Part shown: positions 26,626 to 37,789 of the stretch, piece after piece
How positions within the stretch are numbered: the first letter of the stretch is position 1
How the letters are laid out: each line of letters begins with the position of its first letter
Assembly (NCBI GenBank): GCA_032718475.1
Contig: JAUCBJ010003722.1
Coordinates: 1-53,610, forward strand
Source of the DNA: Nemertoderma westbladi
Taxonomy: Eukaryota; Animalia; Xenacoelomorpha
Direction: 5' to 3'
Length of the DNA stretch: 53,610 nucleotides
Notes under the pieces: model-generated
Databases searched by the model: none
The model's input: the letters and a program-made list of their open reading frames with translations, nothing else
What the model was told of the DNA's origin: nothing
Made by a program: the position numbers and the translations under genes

Positions 26626-27884
26626 ATGTCCTTTTTCATAAAGGAACCACCGTTGCTTCCTCGCTTCAGCGAGAACTAGATTATAGAAAATTCACCTCGC
26701 GCTATGGTACATATATGGATTTCCTAACTACTGGTCATCCTATCGATTTACATGATACTGATGCTTTGGATATGGAAACAGAGATGGTTTTATTCAAGTT
26801 TCATGCACAATGGAGCTGGAACGACAAACCACGAATCGACCATGATATCGACCTCAAACGCGTTTATTCTCTCCCAGAGATTTTGGGAAAACTCATTCAA
26901 CCGGAAGAGCAGAATCAGCTAAGGAGAAGCAAACCGAGATACTACTAGAGACTCTGATGAACTCTTTTCTTACTTCAAAGATCAAACCCAAATGGAGATA
27001 TATTGTGCATATTGCCGCATTAATAATAAGCATATCTTCAATGTCTGCCCTCAGTTCATGACACAATGTCAATACTGTCAGTTAAAGGGACACGCTAGTT
27101 GGGATTGCCCGTTTAGCCCCGATATGGAGAGCGTTGATTGTATTGCGATACATACGAGCTTGGGAAGCTAGCGCAGACCTTCAATGCGATTCGCACCACC
27201 ATTACTATCCTGGACGTGCCTATGAGGGAGTGTACGCATTTCACCCCTACCTATTTCCCCCAATCGAGCAGAAAACTCATATTCCCAGTTATGAACTACT
27301 CAAACGTGTTGGTGAGTCCATTTCCACCAAATATGTGAGAAAATATTTGAAAAATATAAACCCAAACAAGCTGGACTCATATAATCTACTTGGTTGCATT
27401 AGCCGAGACCTGGAATACGGTGAGACATTTATAAATGCACACCCTGAGTTGCAAGAAGTCCACCGACGCCCTTATGAGTATAAGGCGAGGGAACGGGAAT
27501 TGGAAAGAACTGTAAAACCCCGTAAATTCCTCATGACCAACGGCAGTCGTGCAGATGACCAAAGCAGGACCAGTTCAAGCTGCTGTCCTGAGACGAGCTT
27601 TAAATATCGTGCGACCTCGACCTCTTCGATCCTCTGGTAAACGTGTTGATACCAAACCACCTTCCCAGGAGAGTAGTGCATCCTCCATGGACATCGACCA
27701 ACAAGGTACCTCGACTGGTGGATACACAGACCACAACCCCAACCCTTCTGATGCAATTATATTGCACCCTTCCCCGAGGAGTTATAGTCCTCCGAGTAAA
27801 GTGGCTCATTACGTCGGGAAGAAGATAACAACTACCCAAAGGTTCAAGAAACTCCGTAAACTTCGTTCTAGAAAGAAAGATTGA
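26626..27884 (+). pseudogene. Disrupted ORF with two CCHC zinc knuckles and a basic C-terminus
   Basis: 27004-27108 translates CAYCRINNKHIFNVC-PQFMTQ-CQYCQLKGHASWDC (CX2CX5HX4C and CX2CX4HX4C), not shown in the ORF track. It is flanked by coding-like ORF pieces 26715-26948, 27134-27640 and 27549-27884. Confidence 0.55.
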
Positions 27885-29559
27885 TTATTTAGAGTAGTTA
27901 TTATATTAAGAAATTGTGACTCTATGTTATTATTTTATAGACTTAAGTCCCATTTTCTGGGAGTGGTGTTAAAGCTTTTGCGGCTGAAATGTCCCATTTT
28001 TTATACAATGCGCTGGTTACTCTAAACCTTAAAAAACTCTTAAGAACTTTATATTTTATGAACTGATATAAACTTCCCTCCAGCGTTTATTCTAAGTATA
28101 GAACTTCCCTGTGTACTCTTACAGAAACCCAGCTGCTCAGATTACTAAATCACTAGCCATTGGACAGTATTCTCTTTGTCCTCATATATCTGTGTTATTC
28201 ACCGTCCAATCAGTATACTTTCCCCCTACGTCACCCCATAGCATGAATTACCGGATCAATTGCTTATGGGTTGATGGCATGGTTGCTGGTCCCTGATTGG
28301 AAGTTCTGACGGATTCCATAGGTTCTACAGCGTTCGACGTGATTCATGCCTTATTGACTACTTCAGGCAAGAATATTCTTGCAACCCCTCAGTTTGAGTG
28401 TTTATACACTTCCTGACTTTGTGCCCAGAAACACCAGCGGCTAGAAAGGCATAGAATGCAAATCTATTACACGTTTACATTCCTATTATACGTTTATATC
28501 TCAGTGTTTTGCACACAACTCAATGCAACACATCCTGACTGTCTGATATTGCCGCAACACCGCATTTGATACTGTTTTATGCTGTTATAATCTGTTGTAA
28601 TTTGTAACATATGGATTAATGTTAATAGTTGGAGAATACTTACGAATAACCGGTAGATCTCTTGGTTTTCATGATTTATTGAGGTAAGCGGAGGGGAGTA
28701 CTATTCACAATTGCATAGTTCAAATAACAGTGGTTTGCATGAGTTTATGCTGTTTCATAGTCCCCAACGTACGTGAGTTAAGTTCTCCTTATATGCGAGT
28801 AAAATTGGTGACTATTGGCAAGTACTAGTGTTTCAGTACTATTGTCGTCTGTCCGTGTGCAAGTGTGAACATTCAATAAATACATCCCTAAAGGATGTAT
28901 ACATTTGTGTTGTCTCATGCCCACCCATTGTATTTAGTATAAGTCATATCTCTGCGTATTATTTAGAGCGCAGCACCTAAATGGAACTGTTGTATTTAAC
29001 TTATTTTTAACCCGAATACATTCAAGCTTACCTTGAGCTCTTTAAATGCTTTCTTATTAGTCCCAGCCCAGTTAAATTGGGCAGCGTAGTTGTTAGTGAT
29101 TACATGGCGCATAGCGAACTAGTGCCATGCTATCCGTGGCTCCGAGATTCTTAATTTCTTCTATCAATTGCTTAAAATACTTGGAAGTTCCCAACTTATC
29201 CTCCACGTCAGCTAGTTCCTCATCACTCGATATGGGTATGGGTAAACACAATGATGGCAATGAATCAATCATTACATGTTGGTGTTGGTTCCTGTTTAAT
29301 ATCCGCATATAGGGATTTAATTAAATGATTGGTGCTTACAGCATTCTCTCACAGCCATTGAAGTTGTGAGAGAATTTTAGTCGAAACGGTTGGTCTTTGA
29401 CTTCTATTGGATAATGGACTGGTAGCTGTTGTAGATGGTACGCCCCCTTCTTCAATAAATTTACAATGGCAGCAAAATGATCTTCTGCTAGATCCGTGTG
29501 TAGAACCAAAGGGACAATAGTGTCTTCTGAAATAGGTGCAATGTTCGAACTCGAAGGCG

Positions 29560-32500
29560 AGGTCATGTGGGACCTTGCCTCACTGTTGTGCAGCACTGAC
29601 TGCATAGGAGATGTGTTACCAGTAATACCATGAGCGAAAGTCGAGGTCATCTGTGGATCTAGCAGCACTGACTTCATATGAGATGTAATACCAGTAATAC
29701 CGTGAGCGAAAGTCGAGGTCATCTGTGGATCTAGCAGCACTGACTGCATGGAGATGTGTTACCAGTAATACCGTAAGCGAAAGTCGAGGTCATCTGGGGA
29801 TCTAGCATCACTGACTGCATAGGAGATGTGTTACCAGTAATACCGTGAGTGAAAGTCGAGGTCACCTGTGGATCTAGCAGCACTGACTGCATAGGAGATG
29901 TGTTACCAGTAATACCGTAAGCGAAAGTCGAGGTCATCTGGGGATCTAGCAGCACTGACTGGATAGGAGATGTGTTACCAGGAATACCATGAGTGGAAGT
30001 CGAGGTCACCTGGGGATCTAGCAGCACTGACTGCATAAGAGATGTGATACCAGTAATACCGTGAGCGAAAGTTGAGGTCATCTGGGGATCTAGCAGCACT
30101 GACTTCATAGGAGATGTGTTACCAGTAATACCATGAGTGAAAGTCGAGGTCACCTGGGGATCTAGCAGCACTGACTGCATAAGAGATGTGATACCAGTAA
30201 TACCGTGAGCGAAAGTTGAGGTCATCTGGGGATCTAGCAGCACTGACTTCATAGGAGATGTGTTACCAGTAATACCATGAGTGAAAGTCGAGGTCATCTG
30301 GGGATCTAGCAGTACTGACTTCATAGGAGATGTGTTACCAGTAATACCGTGAGCGAAAGTCGAGGTCACCTGGGGATCTAGCAGCACTGACTTCATAGGA
30401 GAGGTGTTACCAGTAATACCGTGAGTGAAAGTCGAGGTCATCTGGGGATCTAGCAGCACTGACTGCATAGGAGATGTGTTACCAGTAATACCATGAGTGA
30501 AAGTCGAGGTCACCTGGGGATCTAGCAGCACTGACTTCATAGGAGAGGTGTTACCAGTAATACCGTGAGTGAAAGTCGAGGTCATCTGGGGATCTAGCAG
30601 CACTGACTTCATAGGAGATGTGTTACCAGTAATACCATGAGTGAAAGTCGAGGTCACCTGGGGATCTAGCAGCACTGACTGCATAAGAGATGTGATACCA
30701 GTAATACCGTGAGCGAAAGTCGAGGTCATCTGGGGATCTAGCAGCACTGACTTCATAGGAGATGTGTTACCAGTAATACCGTGAGCGAAAGTCGAGGTCA
30801 TCTGGGGATCTAGCAGCACTGACTTCATAGGAGATGTGTTACCAGTAATACCGTGAGCGAAAGTCGAGGTCACCTGGGGATCTAGCAGCACTGACTTCAT
30901 AGGAGAGGTGTTACCAGTAATACCATGAGTGAAAGTCGAGGTCATCTGGGGATCTAGCAGCACTGACTTCATAGGAGATGTGTTACCAGTAATACCATGA
31001 GTGAAAGTCGAGGTCACCTGGGGATCTAGCAGCACTGACTGCATAAGAGATGTGATACCAGTAATACCGTGAGCGAAAGTTGAGGTCATCTGGGGATCTA
31101 GCAGCACTGACTTCATAGGAGATGTGTTACCAGTAATACCATGAGTGAAAGTCGAGGTCATCTGGGGATCTAGCAGTACTGACTTCATAGGAGATGTGTT
31201 ACCAGTAATACCGTGAGCGAAAGTCGAGGTCACCTGGGGATCTAGCAGCACTGACTTCATAGGAGAGGTGTTACCAGTAATACCGTGAGTGAAAGTCGAG
31301 GTCATCTGGGGATCTAGCAGCACTGACTGCATAGGAGATGTGTTACCAGTAATACCATGAGTGAAAGTCGAGGTCACCTGGGGATCTAGCAGCACTGACT
31401 TCATAGGAGAGGTGTTACCAGTAATACCGTGAGTGAAAGTCGAGGTCATCTGGGGATCTAGCAGCACTGACTTCATAGGAGATGTGTTACCAGTAATACC
31501 ATGAGTGAAAGTCGAGGTCACCTGGGGATCTAGCAGCACTGACTGCATAAGAGATGTGATACCAGTAATACCGTGAGCGAAAGTCGAGGTCATCTGGGGA
31601 TCTAGCAGCACTGACTTCATAGGAGATGTGTTACCAGTAATACCGTGAGCGAAAGTCGAGGTCATCTGGGGATCTAGCAGCACTGACTTCATAGGAGATG
31701 TGTTACCAGTAATACCGTGAGCGAAAGTCGAGGTCACCTGGGGATCTAGCAGCACTGACTTCATAGGAGAGGTGTTACCAGTAATACCATGAGTGAAAGT
31801 CGAGGTCATCTGGGGATCTAGCAGCACTGACTTCATAGGAGATGTGTTACCAGTAATACCATGAGTGAAAGTCGAGGTCACCTGGGGATCTAGCAGCACT
31901 GACTTCATAGGAGATGTGTTACCAGTAATACCATGAGTGAAAGTCGAGGTCACCTGGGGATCTAGCAGCACTGACTGCATAAGAGATGTGATACCAGTAA
32001 TACCGTGAGCGAAAGTCGAGGTCATCTGGGGATCTAGCAGCACTGACTTCATATGAGATGTAATACCAGTAATACCATGAGTGAAAGTCGAGGTCACCTG
32101 GGGATCTAGCAGCACTGACTGCATAAGAGATGTGTTACCAGTAATACCGTGAGCGAAAGTCGAGGTCATCTGGGGATCTAGCAGCACTGACTTCATAGGA
32201 GATGTGTTACCAGTAATACCATGAGTGAAAGTCGAGGTCATCTGGGGATCTAGCAGCACTGACTGCATAAGAGATGTGTTACCAGTAATACCGTGAGCGA
32301 AAGTCGAGGTCACCTGGGATCTAGCAGCACTGACTGCATATGAGATGTAATACCAGTAATACCATGAGTGAAAGTCGAGGTCACCTGGGGATCTAGCAGC
32401 ACTGACTGCATAAGAGATGTGATACCAGTAATACCGTGAGCGAAAGTCGAGGTCATCTGGGGATCTAGCAGCACTGACTTCATAGGAGATGTGTTACCAG

Positions 32501-32675
32501 TAATACCATGAGTGAAAGTCGAGGTCACCTGGGGATCTAGCAGCACTGACTGCATAAGAGATGTGTTACCAGTAATACCGTGAGCGAAAGTCGAGGTCAC
32601 CTGGGGATCTAGCAGCACTGACTGCATAGGAGATGTGATACCAGTAATACCGTGAGCGAAAGTCGAGTTCATCTG
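29560..32675 (-). repeat. 72-bp tandem repeat, about 43 copies, encoding the 24-aa unit MTSTFAHGITGNTSPMQSVLLDPQ
   Basis: Directly visible. Open for 860 aa (29731-32313), with single-base frameshifts near 32315 and 29750. Confidence 0.97.
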
Positions 32676-32949
32676 GCGCCCTGCCTGCATAGGAGACAAT
32701 ATAGGTCTGCTTTCCGAAGCAGATGCTAGTTCGCATTAACTTTTCATGCGATAGTGGAGGTGGTGGGGGATCTTCGAAGGGTGCAAAGATATTCTATTGA
32801 ACAGATAATGTAAAACATTTTTTACCAATCTTATTGACAGATCGTAATATTGAAATAGAGAGCTTTTGGCCTCCCTACAAGAGTTTGAAAAAAATGTCTA
32901 CATCGATAATGCACCAATCATAACCTAGATGTTCATGGTCATTTTCAAT

Positions 32950-34019
32950 TAGGGTTTAAAAAATTTATGATACAGAAAATTACCCATTTATGAAATATAA
33001 TGAATTATTAAAATATTTTGAATTTTTTAAATTGAACAATGCAGGGGGTGGATTTGGGGGGGGGGGGGGGGGTGTGCAATGTAGGTGGTGGATTTGGGGG
33101 GGTTGCAATGTAGGTGGTGGATTTTGGGGGGGGGGGTGTGTGCAATGTAGGTGGTGGATTTGGGGGGGGGTGTGCAATGTAGGTGGTGGTTTGGGGGGGG
33201 GGGTTGCAATGTAGGTGGTGGATTTGGGGGGGGGGGGGGGTGTGCAATGTAGGTGATGGATTTGGGGGGGGGGGTTGCAATGTAGGTGGTGGATTTGGGG
33301 GGGAGGGGTGTGCAATGTAGGTGGTGGATTTAGGGGGGGGGGTTGCAATGTAGGTGGTGGATTTGGAGGGGGGTGTGCAATGTAGGTGGTGGATTTGGGG
33401 GGGGGTTGCAATGTAGGTGGTGGATTTGGGGGGGTGTACAATGTAGGTGGTGGATTTGGGGGGGGGGGGGTTGCAATGTAGGTGGTGGATTTGGGGGGGG
33501 GGGGGGGGGGTGAGGAGTACCTGGGGCCTATTTTATGAAGCAGGTAGGAAGTTTATGAAGGGCCCACATGAGTTAACAAACTTATGGTCATTGCGTACAA
33601 CTGTTGCCTACAGTCGACCACAAGTCCTTCCGAGCAAAGGGCAATTCAACAATCCTTCAGTGGTGTGGCGAGGGAGGACGATGTAACATATAAGGGGATG
33701 ACGACGCTCTGGGTTATTTGACTGAAATTATGCTGATAATACCAGCTATTAAGAATTGGAGTTGGTGGGGTTTGACGACTAGGCTGTTAATTTTTAGTTA
33801 GTTAAAGATTGGGTTGTGACTTATTGTTATATGAAATAAAATAAAATATAAAACAGTCTAAAATTAATAAAGCAATAATCGACTAAATGACGAAAGAGGA
33901 GGCGCTAAATACTCTGATTGGAATAAATTTCATGAAATTAAAAAAAAAAATTTAATTTCAAAAATTTAATTGAAATATTTCACGTGAAATATTAATTTCG
34001 ATGAATTTTTTAAACCCTA
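32950..34019. mobile_element. hAT-type non-autonomous element in an intron of the DUF4806-like gene
   Basis: TIRs TAGGGTTTAAAAAATT / AATTTTTTAAACCCTA. 8-bp TSD TTTTCAAT at 32942-32949 and 34020-34027. Confidence 0.85.
33037..33511 (+). repeat. G-rich minisatellite, about 14 copies (TGCAATGTAGGTGGTGGATTT-Gn)
   Basis: Directly visible; unit length varies with the poly-G tract. Confidence 0.95.
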
Positions 34020-35450
34020 TTTTCAATGTTTGATGTAGAATGTATACTCTGATATTTTTTCACATCATTATTAAGGTAGCAGTAAAAAAATGTGTAAAGC
34101 ATAACATGGGTATAATGACCTTTGTCAGTTTTCTCACTAACCTAACAAATAATAATTTAATTGAAAATACATTTTCATTACTTTTATTTTAATAGGCATA
34201 ATGCCCTAAAGACACATTCTTACGGAGCCCCTAAGAGGACATGAAATCCTCGTTCTTTTTACATGTATCTTTATAACTGTATACAACTCTTTTTACCTCA
34301 TCTGAATCAGAATCCCTGGTATATTGCGAGTAACCGTTCTCCATTGCCCTATAATTAACCCGGGTTCTCTTTCTACTATTGGCAGGAGCGCGTAGTTCAC
34401 CACTTGTAGAATTTTCATCTAGAATATATCACTATCATTGATATTTTCCGCGTTTCTTGCTATATCCATAGCGCGCTGAAGATTATCTACATTTTGAAAC
34501 AAGAACACATTTAAAAACAAAACATAACAAACATAAAACAAACAAAATTGGACGTACTGTAGTTTTTTAGATAATCCATTATTTTTTGGCCCAATGGAAA
34601 AATGTTTCCATTGTAAAATTCTGAGGGCTTGGGGAAGGAAATCAATAAAAAAAGGTTAACACGTGTTACAAGAAAATAGAAATGGAAGTATCCCAGTGTG
34701 GTGAAGAATTCTACCAAGAAGGGTGGGGGGGGGGGGGGGGGGTGGTGGAGTTCTGTCATGAATCTACTTTGCCTCCCTGTACAAAGTCCGTATGGTACAA
34801 CGTACAATGCTTTACTATTAAAATTATGTTATATTTCTAAATTATTGTACGTAACAGGTTGACTACACACACACACATCCTCACACATCGTCAGAACTCT
34901 CATTGCCCCATTCTTCGCGTCGACGTAAAATTCCAGCATTTTTTGGCGGCCACATCGCATACCCGACACCACCCTTCTTTACATTTGTGGTCATCCACGC
35001 CGAGGGTGCCCAATCAACATTTTTGTGGTCCAAAAAGTGGATAACAACAAATTTATTTCTCTCAGCCATTATTAAGTATTAACAATATAGGCCTTTATAG
35101 TAATATTGTTCTGAGATTATTGTTCAAACTTTATATTTCAGTTATTTATTATTATATTTTAATGTCCAATCGAAGTATAATAATAATTACTAGTATATAA
35201 CACCAGATATTTATATTCCAAGAGTTAGGCAGCCGGTGTTTATTAAATAATAGTGGTTAACTATCAACATCAATGCATTACCTACACTAATAATGGTACC
35301 AGTATAATAATATAAAGTGGGTACTGGGTAGTACAGCTATTTAATTTTGTTATCCGTAGTTAAAATGAAAAAAGTAAATGAAATAAACCACAATGCTGAT
35401 AAGTAGCCATAGTCAAATCACACTCTATATAATGAGTCAAGGGGGGAGGT

Positions 35451-35797
35451 TAGATAGATTTATTTATACATTATGTAAAAACAATAACAAATACACCAAA
35501 CAATGTACCGGTATAAAGGTATTGTCCAACATAACATATAGGATTACCCCTAAAGCTTTGCAGCTTATTTCCAAGGGGGTCCTTTATGATACTTGGTTAC
35601 AAATACAATATTACACTACGCTAACCTAAAACCAATATAAAACGTAATTACACTATGTACATGTACAACTTTACCGAGAGCGTGGCAATGTCCGACTCAA
35701 CGATAAAGATGTAATGTACAGAACAATTTAATATAAAACGTAATTACAGTATAAATAGTAAATAATTAATAAACTAATAACTTACTGTAGGACTATT
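35451..35797 (-). mobile_element. Second copy of the young CR1/L2-like LINE: 3' UTR and tail
   Basis: Near-identical to 11946-12292. Confidence 0.93.
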
Positions 35798-37053
35798 GAA
35801 TGTAGAGCTACACAATGGTAGTTGAATCATCTCGAATCGCCCACTATGGCAGACACAGTGGTGTGAGAAAGATTCTAAAATAAAGAAAAGTTTAAGTAAT
35901 GGCCGTTTTTTAACTTTATGTCGGATGAACAAAAGATTACCACTACTAGATAGCCCTGTTTATGGACTTTCTTCCGATACCTCATATCCGCCAGTTTGGC
36001 ATCCCCAACGCCCACACAAAGTTTTCCCAGAGGTATGCTTCACAGTATAACAATAACTGAATCTCAAGATTTCGGCTGCAATATTCCCACACCCCACAAA
36101 CTTATATAAATGGTTCTTCGTTACTTCTTTTTAGTATCACCGGATTGCTAGACAAACTGTGGAAGAAAATAACTATATTTTACTCCTTTAACTACCATCT
36201 TTATTTGGATGGATTTTTTTATGATGTGGAAAACTTTTCTACTTCGGTAATCATTCGATTCATGTTTATCAAATTGGAGAAACTTATTTATTAATGAATT
36301 TAATATTTTAATTTATTATTATTTATTTACTATTTTAATTTATTATTAATTATTTATAGTTCTTATTTATTATATTAAGAAAAATAGCCGTTAACTCCTG
36401 TCTCGTTTATTAATTTTTCGCACCTTGCTCATGAAATATGGAGTTTAAATAAAATGGCTACTTTTATTCCTAAGCCTAAGTTAATAAATAGTTACTTTTA
36501 AATATCAGTATCCTTTGATTTTATAACGGTAATACTATATACTGTATGTAGTAGACTATATAAAACTATCATACGAAAAAAGTTTATGGGACAGATGATA
36601 GCCACATAAACTCTGACTCTGAATAACTGTTTATCTAACTGATTAAAACTGTTTGTCTAACTGTCTGTCTTAAATGTTGAACTGTTTATCTTGTATTTAA
36701 TCTATAATACATCAATACAAATAAAAAAAAAACTTTCTCCTTATTTTAATAGAAAGAATTTTGTACATGAACATCTAAATAATTATAATATCCAAAGAAA
36801 AACGCTGACCAAGTGGGATAAAACTCATAAAAAACATCTCACCAAGTCAGACAATTCTTACTAAAACTCAAATTTGTGTTCGTACCAACTCGAAACGTAG
36901 TTTCTAAAATGGTTAGACCAGCTCGTGACATAAAAGTGTAAACACATATTTGTGTTTCTACCAAGTCAATACAACAACGAAATATATATATACATGACCA
37001 AGTCCACATTGTATTCTGAAAATACAAATATGTGCTTCAACCAGTTTAAGTGT

Positions 37054-37545
37054 TAATAAATCGTACTACTTTATCCTGAGCTACTTGTAATTTACATTTG
37101 AGCTGTTTGGTTAAGCCTTCATACCAAGAAGAGCATGCATGCATAGTCCATGTGACACTGTATTAAAGAAGAGCAAAGTTACTTGCGGGAGTCGGTGTTT
37201 AAACTATTTTTATTTCTGTATAGAAACCTAAGCCTACTGTTAACTTTCGAGAAAATATTTTTCACTGTGCTTTCTCCTGATAAGCATTATCCAATGTGGC
37301 GCCTAAATATTTAACTTCCTTTTTATTTTCAATCTTATGTCCATTACTAGTGACTTCAAACTTAGTTACCTTCTTTAACTTTCTTTTGGAACCAAATAAA
37401 ATACTTTCAGTCTTACCGTAGTGAATGGATAGCTTATTATCAACCAACCACTCATTACAGGATTCTATAACTGCACTTAACTTTAGGGAAATATGGATAG
37501 GATCTTTATGAGAGAAAGTAAGAGCTCTGTCGTCGGCATATAAAA
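37054..37545 (-). mobile_element. Second copy of the young CR1/L2-like LINE: RT fragment
   Basis: Near-identical to about 12655-13144 (YADD...YLGATLDN), with small indels such as a GCAT duplication at about 37133-37143. Confidence 0.93.
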
Positions 37546-37789
37546 TAGGAGAGGAGGGGGGGGGTCGTGGCGAATTCATATATCGCCTCAATGTTAAATT
37601 GTGAATTAATTAAGATAAAGGAACAGATTACATTGGCACGTTAATCTCACAAAAACAATAAAAGAAAGTCAATAGAACAGTGAGAATAATCACTAACACC
37701 CCCCCCCCCCCCCCCCCCTACCTCACTCCTATTTTTCAGTCTCTATATAATAATATACCTACCTAAATAAAATTTGTATTTACTGTCAA

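Larger units (their letters stand above)
29032..35069 (-). pseudogene. Spliced DUF4806-like accessory gene (EnSpm/CACTA-associated ORF2), frameshifted
   Basis: N-terminus FVVIHFLDHKNVDWAPSAW...AMWPP (35069-34881). AG..GT-bounded exon 34486-34297 (DNLQRAMDIA..DSDSDE). Acceptor at 32794-32795 opens the repeat exon. C-terminus LPIPISSDEELADVEDKL...IKNLG...YAAQFNWAGTNKKAFKELK with a GTAAG donor at 29031. Confidence 0.65.

Noticed and set aside
27004-27108. nanos zinc finger
   Set aside because: The spacing matches retroviral-type knuckles, not the nanos CCHC spacing.
27940-27965. CACTA-like terminus (reverse complement CACTCCCAGAAAATGGG)
   Set aside because: No partner TIR was found, and the orientation does not fit the left end of the EnSpm remnant.
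32980-33686. Extensin-like Pro-rich and Gly-rich ORFs
   Set aside because: They are translations of a G-rich minisatellite with variable, non-3n unit lengths inside a hAT element.
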